Both the position numbers and the translations under genes were made by a program. This document shows positions 30,953-41,281 of a stretch of DNA of 64,000 nucleotides, one piece after another. This DNA comes from Geopsychrobacteraceae bacterium (lineage in GTDB: Bacteria; Desulfobacterota; Desulfuromonadia; Desulfuromonadales; Geopsychrobacteraceae). The notes under the pieces are model-generated. The model had not been told where the DNA came from and ran no database searches. It worked only from the letters and a program-made list of their open reading frames with translations. How positions within the stretch are numbered: position 1 is the stretch's first letter; every line of letters starts with the position of its first letter. Location: the NCBI GenBank assembly GCA_963662315.1, contig OY759353.1, positions 2,016,001 through 2,080,000 of the forward strand. The letters run 5' to 3'.

Positions 30953-32497
30953 ATGAAAATGACTATATATAATCAAAATTCACGCCGTAAAATCGTTTTT
31001 CACAGCTTTCCAGCTTTGGAGGAGGGGGGCACACTTGCGGGCTATGCAGCCATCATTGAAGCGCATAATCTGCGTGTGCCACTTCCTGATAATCTTTGTG
31101 CGATAGGGGTAAAGCACAAAAAATACACTCTTGAAAACTGGCAGATATTTACTCCAAGGCATAAGCCTGAGGAGACACTGTATGGGCATCTAACCTTTGC
31201 ATTAAAATATGAAGGGGTTGATCTGGCTGTTTTAAACGCGCTGTTCAAAACTATTGAGGCCAAAGATATTGAAGATATTATTCGTTTAGAACCAACCGGC
31301 AGTTATAGCCGCAGGATTTGGTTTCTCTGGGAATGGTTGCGCGTCGACAAGCTGGATATTCCGGATGCGACAACAGGAAATTTTGTTCCTGTCGTTAATG
31401 GCAAATTGCAATACACTGGGAATTTCACTCAGTCTCGAAGGCATCGTGTTAACAATAATCTTCCGGGAACAAAGGCATTCTGCCCCTTCATTCGAAGAAC
31501 AGAAACACTTGAGAAATTCATCGGAGAAAACCTTTCGGAAACTGCAACAAAGCATATCGGACAAACACATCCAGACTTGCTCGGTCGCGCCGCTGCCTTT
31601 TTGCTACTCAAAGATTCGAAGGCTTCCTACACAATAGAGGGTGAAACGCCACCACATAGCCGAATAGAGCGTTGGGGCAGGACAATCGGGGACGCTGGAA
31701 AACGTAAGCTCAGTATTGAAGAGTTAGAATATCTGCAAAAGCTGGTTATCGCAGATAATAGATTTATTGAACCGGGCCTTCGTACAGAAGGTGGAGTTGT
31801 AGGAGAACATGATCGTTCAACTGGCATGCCTATGCCTAACCATATATCAGCAAAACCTGAAGATTTGCAGGCCTTGCTATCCGGCATGATTGAAAGTTAC
31901 GAAATTTTGGAAAGCAGCGACTTTGATCCCGTTTTGCTGGCAACGATTATTGCTTTTGGTTTTGTTTTTATCCATCCATTTGAAGATGGTAATGGCCGGA
32001 TTCATCACTATTTATTTCACCACGTACTTGCTGAAAAAGGCTTTGTTCCAAAAGGGCTGATTTTTCCTGTATCTGCTGTAATTCTTGAACGAATTGAAGA
32101 ATATAGAAAAGCACTAGAACACTTTTCAAAGCCACGCTTGGACTTTATCGAATGGCGACCAACAGAAAGAAATAATGTTGAAGTTTTGAATGAAACTATC
32201 GACCTATATCGTTATTTCGATGCAACTGCTCAAGCAGAGTTTTTCTTTACCTGCGTTGAAGAAACTGTAAATAAAACTCTGCCCGATGAAGTTGGCTACT
32301 TGAAAAAATACGACATCCTCAATGAATTCATAAAAAATTATATTGATATGCCGGATAAATTGGTTGCTCTACTCATTCGCTTTTTATCTCAACATGATGG
32401 AAAGCTATCCAAAAGAGCTAAAGAACGTGAATTTGGCAAACTAACCGATGCCGAAATTCATGCGATTGAGCAGAAATATTCGGAGGTTTTTGGCTAG
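30953..32497 (+). CDS. Fic-domain protein
   Basis: HPFEDGNGRIHH motif; SYTIEGE inhibitory-helix-like motif. Confidence 0.9.
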   Translation: MKMTIYNQNSRRKIVFHSFPALEEGGTLAGYAAIIEAHNLRVPLPDNLCAIGVKHKKYTLENWQIFTPRHKPEETLYGHLTFALKYEGVDLAVLNALFKTIEAKDIEDIIRLEPTGSYSRRIWFLWEWLRVDKLDIPDATTGNFVPVVNGKLQYTGNFTQSRRHRVNNNLPGTKAFCPFIRRTETLEKFIGENLSETATKHIGQTHPDLLGRAAAFLLLKDSKASYTIEGETPPHSRIERWGRTIGDAGKRKLSIEELEYLQKLVIADNRFIEPGLRTEGGVVGEHDRSTGMPMPNHISAKPEDLQALLSGMIESYEILESSDFDPVLLATIIAFGFVFIHPFEDGNGRIHHYLFHHVLAEKGFVPKGLIFPVSAVILERIEEYRKALEHFSKPRLDFIEWRPTERNNVEVLNETIDLYRYFDATAQAEFFFTCVEETVNKTLPDEVGYLKKYDILNEFIKNYIDMPDKLVALLIRFLSQHDGKLSKRAKEREFGKLTDAEIHAIEQKYSEVFG

Positions 32498-32722
32498 AAA
32501 ATTACGTTTCACACTCTGCTTACCCACAGGTGTAGAAAGATGAAAAGGAATATCGGGAAAAACTTGGAATCTAGTCATTCCGTCGCATCCGAAGAGGATT
32601 TGAGTGGGGCAGTTATGGGGCAGTAAAACCCTTAAAAAGTAGTGTTTTTACCAAGATAACTACTTTCAAGATCATAAAAACAGAAAAGGCCCGAAAACGG
32701 CCAGGCCTTTCCCCGCTATTTG

Positions 32723-32869
32723 TTATTTGGTTGCATCGTTGACTTTTTCTTTGGCTGAATTTAAGGCTTTATCAAAAGCTTTTCCTGCTTTTTCACCAGC
32801 TCCCTCTTTTTCGCAAGCAGTTGTGAGTAGTGCTAAAATCAGTACAGCAAAAATCAAAACATTTCTCAT
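32723..32869 (-). CDS. Small lipoprotein (48 aa, not in the ORF track)
   Basis: MRNVLIFAVLILALLTTACEKEGAGEKAGKAFDKALNSAKEKVNDATK; GGAG RBS; lipobox TTAC; downstream hairpin. Confidence 0.8.
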   Translation of the reverse strand: MRNVLIFAVLILALLTTACEKEGAGEKAGKAFDKALNSAKEKVNDATK

Positions 32870-32927
32870 CTTTTTCTCCAATTCCTATTTGTTTTTTTTG
32901 CAACAACCCCGCCAGCGCCCCCTTCGT

Positions 32928-33347
32928 TTAGCTCTTGTAGGGCTCCAGGCAGGGTAATTCTCCGGCTTTGCGGTACCAGGCTGGCACCTCGCCCATCTTC
33001 CCTTCCCGGGTCCAGACCGTGAGAAGGAATTCATGATTTTGGTCCTCATCCGACAGCGGATTATCAGTATGCTTGATTTTGATGTATGCCGCGTAAGGCT
33101 CATCCTTGCGGCCTTCAAACATAATCTCGTAAGCTTCCTGACCATGCCACATTCCTCTGGTCACGATAGCCCGCCTAGCACCCCAGGTCATGTCTCCCAG
33201 GACATCACTGTAATCCGGGGGGACCAGTAATCTGGCAACGCCATCATGAATGGACAGATAAAGAAAGCCCTCCTTTGAAAGAGACTCCGTCCAGTAGTTC
33301 GTGTGCTCAATATCGGAACCGTTATTATCAATTTCGATAACAGCCAT
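32928..33347 (-). CDS. Hypothetical protein
   Basis: 139 aa, strong AGGAGG RBS, globular-protein composition (TNYW, ARLLVP, LPCLEP). Confidence 0.75.
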   Translation of the reverse strand: MAVIEIDNNGSDIEHTNYWTESLSKEGFLYLSIHDGVARLLVPPDYSDVLGDMTWGARRAIVTRGMWHGQEAYEIMFEGRKDEPYAAYIKIKHTDNPLSDEDQNHEFLLTVWTREGKMGEVPAWYRKAGELPCLEPYKS

Positions 33348-33894
33348 GGGTGACCTCCTGATGCTCTAATGTGCCGCTGCGGCTAGGAAAATTGTAGATT
33401 GCAGCTGAACACTAATGTCAAGGGAGAAAGAACGTACACTCAGCTCTCTGCTAAAATCCATAATATTGAATGACTGCAAATGCCCTGTGGCCCAAAGCGG
33501 AATCTGCAGGAGGAGTGGTCCCTTCATGTTCACCAATCAGCTTACTAAATTTGAGTCGGAGAGATCAACGCTATCGGAAAAGTTCTGCGTCTGGTCGTCG
33601 CAAAAAATAACTCAGAACAGGAAGCAGATCAGTTTCTGGCAAGCCGCTTTGTTTGTGACAGAGTCGTCAGCATTCAATACTGATCTCGCCCCTTATCCAT
33701 TAAAGGGACACTGATTTCAGGCCCAAACAATAAAAGATGGATTCAACAGGTTTGCGTTGTTGTAGTCAAGACGATCACCTGCAAAAGTAGCAACCTGCCC
33801 TCTCGCGGCCAAAAGTGCGCGCCTTGATTTTTTATGGTCTTTTTCCATGACCACTCCATTTTGCAGGTCGTTACCCTTCCCTCTGCCCAAAATA

Positions 33895-34528
33895 CTACCA
33901 CCGATGCAGGGTGGAACAAATAATGTCGAAATAGCCTGGAGTGCGCACGACTTCCTGATATCCCGGAACGACTCCCACCCACTTGCCCAGGCGAACGTTG
34001 CGTTCCTGGGTAAGATAAAGGGTCGGCAATCCCATGAGCGCCGGGCCGTCCATGCCGGCAGTAGTCACGCCAATCGGGCCTATCAGACCGTGGCGGCATC
34101 GCAACTCTTCAAACAGTTGCAGCTGAGCGCGGCGCATGTCCGGCATCACAAAGAAAGCGCTTGGCCTGTACTTCCTGGGCAGCACCGGGTTTGATCTGGA
34201 TAGGAAGGCCGGCAAGCAGTGCCGCAGCAGCCAGATACCAACCTTCGCCAAAGGAGAAGCCGGGATCGGCATGAAAGGTATAGGCGTGGTTGCGCTCTGT
34301 GACGATTTTCCTGGCGGCTTTTGTGGCCGTTTCAGCTCTGCTGGCAAACACTCTGGCTTTGGCCGTATCAAGTGCCTGGGCCAAACGTGCGGCCTGTAAC
34401 GCAGCCTCTTCGGCAGTGCAAACGATCTGCTCGACGCGCTGCCAGCCTTCTTCGCAATCTGCCAAGGTTGACGCCCGCTGAGATCCGCGTGAGAGCTGCC
34501 CGGCACATCCGGCAGCTGGCGGATACAA
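33895..34528 (-). pseudogene. Probable frameshifted or degraded gene with a GT-B-like C-terminus
   Basis: Two overlapping minus frames each carry a protein-like segment (...NHAYTFHADPGFSFGEGWYLAAAALL and ...IGVTTAGMDGPALMGLPTLYL); no clean start. Confidence 0.45.
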
Positions 34529-34591
34529 TACTTAAAATGGTCCAGGGTTACCCCTGGACCCATACCACAAACAATGCCAACCGATTTTGTT

Positions 34592-35914
34592 TTACGCCGT
34601 TTCCGTGGCTCCAGTTTTGATTTTCCCGTCTGCAAGCTCCCACTTGCTCATATCTACTTCGCCTTCGGTTTTTGCCACCAGACAGGTCGCTACAAGATCA
34701 CCGGTAACGTTCAGTGAAGTACGTCCCATATCAAGCAGAGCATCAATACCGAAGATCATAGCGTAGGCAGCAGCAACAGCAGTTCCCGGCTCAACTTTCA
34801 GGCCGACCGATTCAAGAACCATCAGCAACATGATGGCACCAGCCCCCGGAACACCAGCGGTACCGATCGAAGCCAGAACAGCAGTCGCGATAACAGTCAG
34901 CTGCTGACCGAAGTCGAGGGGCATTCCGATAGCAAAGCCGACAAAGATAGCACAGACCCCCTGGTAAATGGCGGTACCATCCATGTTGATGGTTGCACCA
35001 AGTGGCAAGGTAAAGGAATAAACCCCGCGCGAAATCCCCATTTCTTCCTCAGCCACCTCCATAGAGACCGGCAAGGTACCGCCACTACTGCGGGTTACAA
35101 AAGAGGTGATCATAGCAGTGCGAGCCTTGACCAGGAATTGGCGGAAATTGAAACGGAAAAGAATCAACAGGACGCCGTAAACCAGCACCAGATGTGCAAT
35201 AAGGCCAGCATAAACAGCACCGGTAATAGTTGCCAGTGGACCAAAAGCTTCCGCCCCTTGCTTACCGAAAACAACTGCAATTAAGGCGAAAACCCCAATC
35301 GGTGCGTACTCGAGAATCCAGTGGACAACTTTGTACATGAGCTCGGCGCACCCCTCAAAGAAACTGAAAACGGTCTCTGCCGAGTTGCGGATTCGTTCCT
35401 CTGCGCTTTCACGAAGGTAAGCCAGACCGATACCGAACATCAGTGCGGCAAAAATGGTTGGCAGAATTTCTCCCCCGGCAATGGCGCTAAAGGGGTTTTT
35501 CGGCACGATGTTGAGAAATGTCTGCAATAGCGATGGCTGATTCAGTTCTCGACCGGCAGCATCAGCAACACCGGCAAGCTGCAACCCTTCACCAGGACTG
35601 AACAGGTTGCCGAACAGCAGACCCATGGCGACGGCAAAACCGGAGGTCAGCAGGTAAAAAAGTAACGCCTTGACACCGATCCGTCCCAGACGAGAGGGAT
35701 GAACGCTCGCAGCACCGACGACCAGAGTGAAAATAACCACCGGCATGACAATCATTTTCAGCAGGCGAACAAAAACATCTCCAAAGGGGCTGACCCAGGC
35801 GATGGACGGCCCGGCAATCAAACCGACAATAGCACCGCAAACCAGACCGATCAGGATCCGGAACAACAGACTGACGTTAAAATACCAGCTCAACAATCCT
35901 TTTTTCTTTTCCAT
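34592..35914 (-). CDS. gltP: Dicarboxylate/amino acid:cation symporter (GltP/GltT, DAACS)
   Basis: TRSSGGTLP, GATINMDGT, SIGTAGVPG, DMGRTSLNVTGD. Confidence 0.92.
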   Translation of the reverse strand: MEKKKGLLSWYFNVSLLFRILIGLVCGAIVGLIAGPSIAWVSPFGDVFVRLLKMIVMPVVIFTLVVGAASVHPSRLGRIGVKALLFYLLTSGFAVAMGLLFGNLFSPGEGLQLAGVADAAGRELNQPSLLQTFLNIVPKNPFSAIAGGEILPTIFAALMFGIGLAYLRESAEERIRNSAETVFSFFEGCAELMYKVVHWILEYAPIGVFALIAVVFGKQGAEAFGPLATITGAVYAGLIAHLVLVYGVLLILFRFNFRQFLVKARTAMITSFVTRSSGGTLPVSMEVAEEEMGISRGVYSFTLPLGATINMDGTAIYQGVCAIFVGFAIGMPLDFGQQLTVIATAVLASIGTAGVPGAGAIMLLMVLESVGLKVEPGTAVAAAYAMIFGIDALLDMGRTSLNVTGDLVATCLVAKTEGEVDMSKWELADGKIKTGATETA

Positions 35915-35970
35915 AACTTCCTCCGAGAGAGTTTCCTCTGAACCAGTTCCAGAGGGCAATTAACAGTGAA

Positions 35971-37380
35971 TTAAATTCCGAGAAATTTCGGATGCATCAT
36001 ATTTTCAGCGGAAAGGATCCGGTCTAGGGTCTCCTTCGGCAGCAGCTTTTTCTCGAGCACCAGGTCATAAACGGAGAGGCCTTGTTCGAGAGCTTCCTGG
36101 GCAATTGCAGTGGCATTTTCATAACCGACACAAGGGTTTAGAGCCGTAACGATACCGATGCTCTTCTCGACCATCTGCCGGCAATGATCCTTGTTCGCGG
36201 TAATACCGCGGATACATTTTTCGGCCAGGGTCAGGCAGCCACGCTCAAGTAGGCTGATCGACATGAACAGGTTGTAGGCGATAACCGGCTCCATCACGTT
36301 TAATTCCAGTTGACCATTTTCCGAAGCCATGGTGATAGTCAGGTCTGCACCGGCAACCTGGTAGGCAATCTGATTGACGACTTCAGGGATAACCGGGTTC
36401 ACCTTTCCTGGCATGATAGAAGATCCGGGCTGCATCTTAGGAAGGTTGATTTCGTTCAGGCCGGCACGCGGGCCGGAGGATAACAGCCTAAGATCATTAC
36501 AGATCTTCGACAACTTGATGGCGAAACGCTTGAGCACACCGGAAATCTGCATATATGCGCCGGTGTCCCAGGTCGCCTCGACCAGGTTAGCTGAGGTTGC
36601 CAGTGAAATCCCGGTGAGGTTTCGCAAGTTCTGGGTTACCAGGCGGGTATAGTCAGGCGGAGCATTCAGTCCGGTTCCGATAGCAGTTGCGCCGAGGTTG
36701 ATCTCGTGCACCAACCTGTGCGCTTCAAAAACCCGCTGAATATCTTCACCGATTGTGGTGGCATAAGCAGAGAATTCTTGTCCCATGGTCATCGGCACTG
36801 CATCCTGGAGTTGGGTGCGGCCCATCTTCAGCACATCGGAAAACTCGATCCCTTTGGCAGCAAAGGCTTTCTGTAAAATCTCCATAGCGGACATCAGTTT
36901 CTTCAGTTCCATATGCAAAGCGATACGAAAGGCCGTCGGATAAGCATCGTTGGTCGATTGCGAGCAGTTGACATGATTGTTCGGATGGCAGTGTTGGTAC
37001 TCCCCCTTTTCGTGCCCCATTATTTCCAGGGCTCGGTTGGCAATCACTTCGTTGGCGTTCATGTTGGTTGAGGTTCCCGCACCCCCTTGAAAAACATCCA
37101 CCACGAACTGATCGTGAAGTTGCCCGGAGATGATCTCATCACAGGCTTGAGTGATTGCCCGAGTCGTTTCGCTCGGCAGAAGTCCTAGTTCGTGATTTGT
37201 CAGAGCGGCCGCTTTTTTCACATATGCGAAAGCACAAACAAGGGATGGAGTCGATGAAATCGGTATTCCGGTCAGTTCGAAGTTCTCCAGCGCACGCAAA
37301 GTCTGCACTCCGAAATAGAAGGGATTGGGAACTTCTCGATCACCGAGTAAATCATGTTCAATACGGTAGCCTGTTGACAT
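35971..37380 (-). CDS. aspA: Aspartate ammonia-lyase
   Basis: QGGAGTSTNMNANE, GRTQLQDAVP, GSSIMPGKVNPVIPE. Confidence 0.95.
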   Translation of the reverse strand: MSTGYRIEHDLLGDREVPNPFYFGVQTLRALENFELTGIPISSTPSLVCAFAYVKKAAALTNHELGLLPSETTRAITQACDEIISGQLHDQFVVDVFQGGAGTSTNMNANEVIANRALEIMGHEKGEYQHCHPNNHVNCSQSTNDAYPTAFRIALHMELKKLMSAMEILQKAFAAKGIEFSDVLKMGRTQLQDAVPMTMGQEFSAYATTIGEDIQRVFEAHRLVHEINLGATAIGTGLNAPPDYTRLVTQNLRNLTGISLATSANLVEATWDTGAYMQISGVLKRFAIKLSKICNDLRLLSSGPRAGLNEINLPKMQPGSSIMPGKVNPVIPEVVNQIAYQVAGADLTITMASENGQLELNVMEPVIAYNLFMSISLLERGCLTLAEKCIRGITANKDHCRQMVEKSIGIVTALNPCVGYENATAIAQEALEQGLSVYDLVLEKKLLPKETLDRILSAENMMHPKFLGI

Positions 37381-37467
37381 CTGGGCGCTCCTTGCCTAAG
37401 CCTTTCGAAGGCCGTGAAAATGGGATGACAATTAACCCGTGTTCTGGTTCTTTAGACATACCCATTA

Positions 37468-37484
37468 AGCAATGCAGATGCCAA
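37468..37484 (-). promoter_or_regulatory. sigma54 (-24/-12) promoter of aspA-gltP
   Basis: TTGGCATCTGCATTGCT, GG-N10-GC, about 90 bp upstream of aspA and next to an NtrC-type activator. Confidence 0.8.
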
Positions 37485-37754
37485 CGCCAACAAAATTTCT
37501 CTAAACGACTGATACTATTGACTTCTATCGTTTTATCTGAGTTTCAAAGGCTGATCCAAAGAGGTATAACTTTGGTATTCTCACGAAGAGAAGATTAGTA
37601 AAACTTACATATTTTCAAATAGTTACAAACTATCCAAAAGTTATAGGAAGTCTATTGGTTATAGGGGATCAAAAACAGGCAGGGGTATATTGAAAAGAAT
37701 TGCGGCAAGTCGCTCTAGTCGACCTGAAATCGATGACGAGAAGTAAAAAACTGG

Positions 37755-39185
37755 TTAATCGTCTTCAGCTGAATCTTTGTGTTTTTTCAGCCGTTTATTG
37801 AGAGCCGGCTGAGAAACACCAAGAAGCCTTGCTGCCAGCGACTGGTTTCCTTCGGCCCGCTTCATCGCTTCCTGCGCCAAAAGGTTCCCGACCTCTTTCA
37901 GCGATGGCAAAGGCAGGTCAGCCACAAAAACAGAATCGGCCGTACTGGCGGCGGACTCCAGGAGCTGAGATGGTCGGTTGTCAATTCCTCGTTTGAACGC
38001 ATCCATCGACAGCATTTTGCTTTTGTGCATGCTCATTGCATCGTAGACCATCCCTTTGAGTTCACGGACATTGCCGGGGAAGTCGTAATTTGCCAGCAGC
38101 ACTGGGAGCTCCTTGGGGATCGTCGGCTTGTTTTTGCCAAGTTCGTTCGCCGCCTCTTCAAGGAAATAATCGAGCAGCAACAAGATATCGCCTTTGCGCT
38201 CGCGCAAGGGCGGAATATGCAGGTGATGACCACAGAGGCGGTAGTAAAGATCCTTTCGCATCTTGCCTTCAGCCTGGCTGACCGCCAGATCCTGGTGAGT
38301 AGCGACGACAATGCGGGCATTCATCCGCTTTGGCATGTCACTGCCCAGAGGAAAGTAGTCTCCTTCCTGCAGTAAACGCAGCAGTTTGACCTGTGAAGCA
38401 ATGTTGAGGTCGCCAATTTCATCAAGAAACAGGGTGCCATTACTGGCCGCTTCTACCATTCCGCTTCTGGCACTTTCGGCCCCAGTGAAGGCACCTTTGC
38501 TGTGACCGAAAAGGGTATCGGAAAAAACCGTATCATCGAGGCCCGCCACGTTGACCGACAGCATCCTCCCCTTCCTGCCGCTCAACTCATGGATCGCCTT
38601 GGCAAAGAGTTCTTTACCCACCCCGCTTTCACCGGTAATCAACACCGGCTGACTGCTGACGGAGATCGCTTCCACATATTGGAAGATCGAACTCATGGCT
38701 CTGTCCAGGGTGATAATATTGCTGAAAACTTCTGAGCGGTCGATGGTTCCGCCGAGAAAGCGATTGCGCATCTCAATGTTTTCACGTTCTAGATTGATTA
38801 GCTTGATGGCTCGTTGTACCCCGTTCAGCAGCCGTTCTTTCTCTACCGTTTTGACATAGAAATCAAAGGCACCCAATTTCATGCAGCTGACCGCCGTATC
38901 GATCTGATTCATGCCGCTGATGACAATAACGGTAACATCTGGATGTTCTTCAAGAATCTTCGGCAGCAGTCTGTCTCCCGAGATATGAGGCATATTGATA
39001 TCGAGCAATACCAGCCGAACGTTCTGTGAGGCAATAATACTTAAAACGTCTCGACTGTCCTGACATCTGATAACGTTGTTGATTCCAGCATCAAGAGCGA
39101 GGTTCATAGTCATTGATCGGAGCCAGGCACTTTCATCGTCGACCAGTAAAATACTGAATTCAGGATAGAGTGTTTCTGTCATCAC
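37755..39185 (-). CDS. sigma54-dependent response regulator (NtrC family)
   Basis: Receiver (VDDE, LLDINMP), [29 protein letters not shown], Fis-type HTH. Confidence 0.95.
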   Translation of the reverse strand: MMTETLYPEFSILLVDDESAWLRSMTMNLALDAGINNVIRCQDSRDVLSIIASQNVRLVLLDINMPHISGDRLLPKILEEHPDVTVIVISGMNQIDTAVSCMKLGAFDFYVKTVEKERLLNGVQRAIKLINLERENIEMRNRFLGGTIDRSEVFSNIITLDRAMSSIFQYVEAISVSSQPVLITGESGVGKELFAKAIHELSGRKGRMLSVNVAGLDDTVFSDTLFGHSKGAFTGAESARSGMVEAASNGTLFLDEIGDLNIASQVKLLRLLQEGDYFPLGSDMPKRMNARIVVATHQDLAVSQAEGKMRKDLYYRLCGHHLHIPPLRERKGDILLLLDYFLEEAANELGKNKPTIPKELPVLLANYDFPGNVRELKGMVYDAMSMHKSKMLSMDAFKRGIDNRPSQLLESAASTADSVFVADLPLPSLKEVGNLLAQEAMKRAEGNQSLAARLLGVSQPALNKRLKKHKDSAEDD

Positions 39186-39188
39186 AAG

Positions 39189-40907
39189 TTAATCCTTGTC
39201 TGCTCTCGGCAAATACATGGTTACGCGGGTTCCGCTACCCACTTCCGAACTGAATTCCAACCGTCCACGATGTTCTTCAATAATTCCAGCCGAAATCGAA
39301 AGGCCCAGGCCGGTCCCCCCCTGTTCACGTTTGGTCGTATAAAAGGGGTCGGTCAAATGTGCCAGTTTTTCGGTAGCTATCCCGACACCACCGTCTTCAA
39401 CTTCAAGAGCGATTTCATTTCCCGAAGCATAGGTGCACAAACATATTTGCTGATCTGGTGAGGAGAGAGCCTGACAAGCATTCAGCAAGAGGTTGATGAT
39501 AACCTGCTCAATGCGCTGATAATTTCCTTTAAATAACGGCAACGCTTCAGTGCATTTAATGCTGAAACTGTCGGTAGCTTTCCTGATGGAATTGTCGACC
39601 AGCCTTACCGCCGCGTTGGCAACCACATTTAAATCAACAGTTTCGCTCAGATCGGTACTGTCTTTGCGGGCAAAATCTTTCAAATCATCAACGATCCGCT
39701 TTATTTTTGTCGCGCTGTCCTGCATTTCAGAAAACATCTGGTCCGATTCTTCGCGAAGCATAGAATACTTGAGTCCGCCGATAAAAAAATCACCTTGTTT
39801 CCGGTATCGCTCCTCAAGGGTCTCTAGTGCTGCGTGGTAAGTCTTTTCAAGCACTGGCAAGTTGTACAACAGCAGCCCGGTCGGATTGTTGATCTCATGG
39901 GCGACCCCCGACACCAGTATTCCCAAAGAGGTCATTTTGTCGGCCTGAATCAATTGCTGTTGTTGCAGGGCCATCTCATTGGTTCTGCGTTCAACTTCCC
40001 CTTTTAATGCTCGGTTCCAGAAAATGACAATGAATATAATGAGCAGCATCGGCCCAAGAATCAGGCTACCGAGCTGGGCGACATGTTTCCAGTCTATTCC
40101 TCGCGCTGTATCGAAGGGGCCGAGCCAGCGGTCATAGATTTCTTTTTGCCGTCCGGTATTTTTTAGAATGGCCAACCCTTCACTGAAAAGGGCTTGTAAA
40201 TCATCGTTGCCTTTTTTTACTGCGTATCCGTAATGTAAACCTGGAAAAGGTGTGCCAACCGGAATAATGTTCGACAAACCAAGTTCTCGCCCAAGGTAAA
40301 GGCTGGGGAGGTTACCAACCAACGCATAATCATGTTTCCCTGAAGCCAGCAAGCGTAACGCTTCAGCATGCGCAGCGACCAAGACCAGCTCAGCGTCCAA
40401 GTGCTCTTTAAGTAAATAATCGTGCATAATCCCACCTCTTTGCAGGATTAGCTCTTTACCCCTTAATTGCGTTAACGAACTAATATCCTTTGCCCCTTCT
40501 CGACGGGCAAAGACGGCCTGATGAACAATCGAATGAGGAGAAAAAGCAAATTCTTTTTTCCTCTCTTCAGATTCAACCATCCCTTGTAATGCGTCTATTT
40601 TGCCAGATATTAAATCTTGACGAACTTGATCCCAGTTATCCAAGCGAATCACAACATCAATGCCCATGACTTCTGCTATGGCTCTGGTTAAATCAACGTT
40701 GTAGCCGGCAGGCTCATTGTTTTCGTCTAGATATTCATAAGGAGGGTAATTGTGATCGCCTCCAACAATAATTGTTTTCTTTGACGATGGCGGCCTAGGT
40801 TCTCTTGCCTGTGTTTGCTGCGGCAGAAAAAACTGGAAAAGCATTAGAAGGGCAACAAAAATATGCAACAACATAGGGGGGGGAAACCTTCTTCGTCCAT
40901 ATGACAT
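39189..40907 (-). CDS. Sensor histidine kinase with periplasmic amino-acid-binding (SBP family 3) domain
   Basis: GGDHNYPPYEY, TM helix, AHEINNP H-box, NLLLNA, GTGLGL. Confidence 0.93.
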   Translation of the reverse strand: MSYGRRRFPPPMLLHIFVALLMLFQFFLPQQTQAREPRPPSSKKTIIVGGDHNYPPYEYLDENNEPAGYNVDLTRAIAEVMGIDVVIRLDNWDQVRQDLISGKIDALQGMVESEERKKEFAFSPHSIVHQAVFARREGAKDISSLTQLRGKELILQRGGIMHDYLLKEHLDAELVLVAAHAEALRLLASGKHDYALVGNLPSLYLGRELGLSNIIPVGTPFPGLHYGYAVKKGNDDLQALFSEGLAILKNTGRQKEIYDRWLGPFDTARGIDWKHVAQLGSLILGPMLLIIFIVIFWNRALKGEVERRTNEMALQQQQLIQADKMTSLGILVSGVAHEINNPTGLLLYNLPVLEKTYHAALETLEERYRKQGDFFIGGLKYSMLREESDQMFSEMQDSATKIKRIVDDLKDFARKDSTDLSETVDLNVVANAAVRLVDNSIRKATDSFSIKCTEALPLFKGNYQRIEQVIINLLLNACQALSSPDQQICLCTYASGNEIALEVEDGGVGIATEKLAHLTDPFYTTKREQGGTGLGLSISAGIIEEHRGRLEFSSEVGSGTRVTMYLPRADKD

Positions 40908-40980
40908 ATATTAATTCTGCAACCGGCTCTACATCTCAGTAGTGGTCAATCCGCTTCGGACAAGGATATAAGCTTCTATT

Positions 40981-41179
40981 TTCAGTAGTAGAGAGAATCG
41001 ATAAACTCTTTGCCATTATCAATAATTAAGGCAAGGCTATAGTTAATTTTTTGCCGAGTACTATAGCTCATCGTTAACAGATCCAGATAGCCTTACAAAG
41101 CACATCAATATATCGTAACGTTTTATATAATAAATTTTCCGCCCCTGCAACAAACGCCTATCTGACTCCGGAATCTCAG
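40981..41179 (-). repeat. Collapsed duplicate of the gntR locus (3' end plus upstream region)
   Basis: 40981-41020 matches 46973-47012 (39/40). 41095-41179 matches 47721-47806 (2 substitutions, 1 indel). Confidence 0.85.
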
Positions 41180-41281
41180 TCGTGGGTAAGTGACCATTGA
41201 AGCCATAACTGCATTACAAAATGACTTGCTTGCTTACTGGTTGACAATCAATCAACCCCTCATTTAAATAGCCCGTATTGA

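Noticed and set aside
30855..31003. Repeats before fic as a CRISPR array
   Set aside because: 12-14-bp units with irregular spacing and no cas genes.
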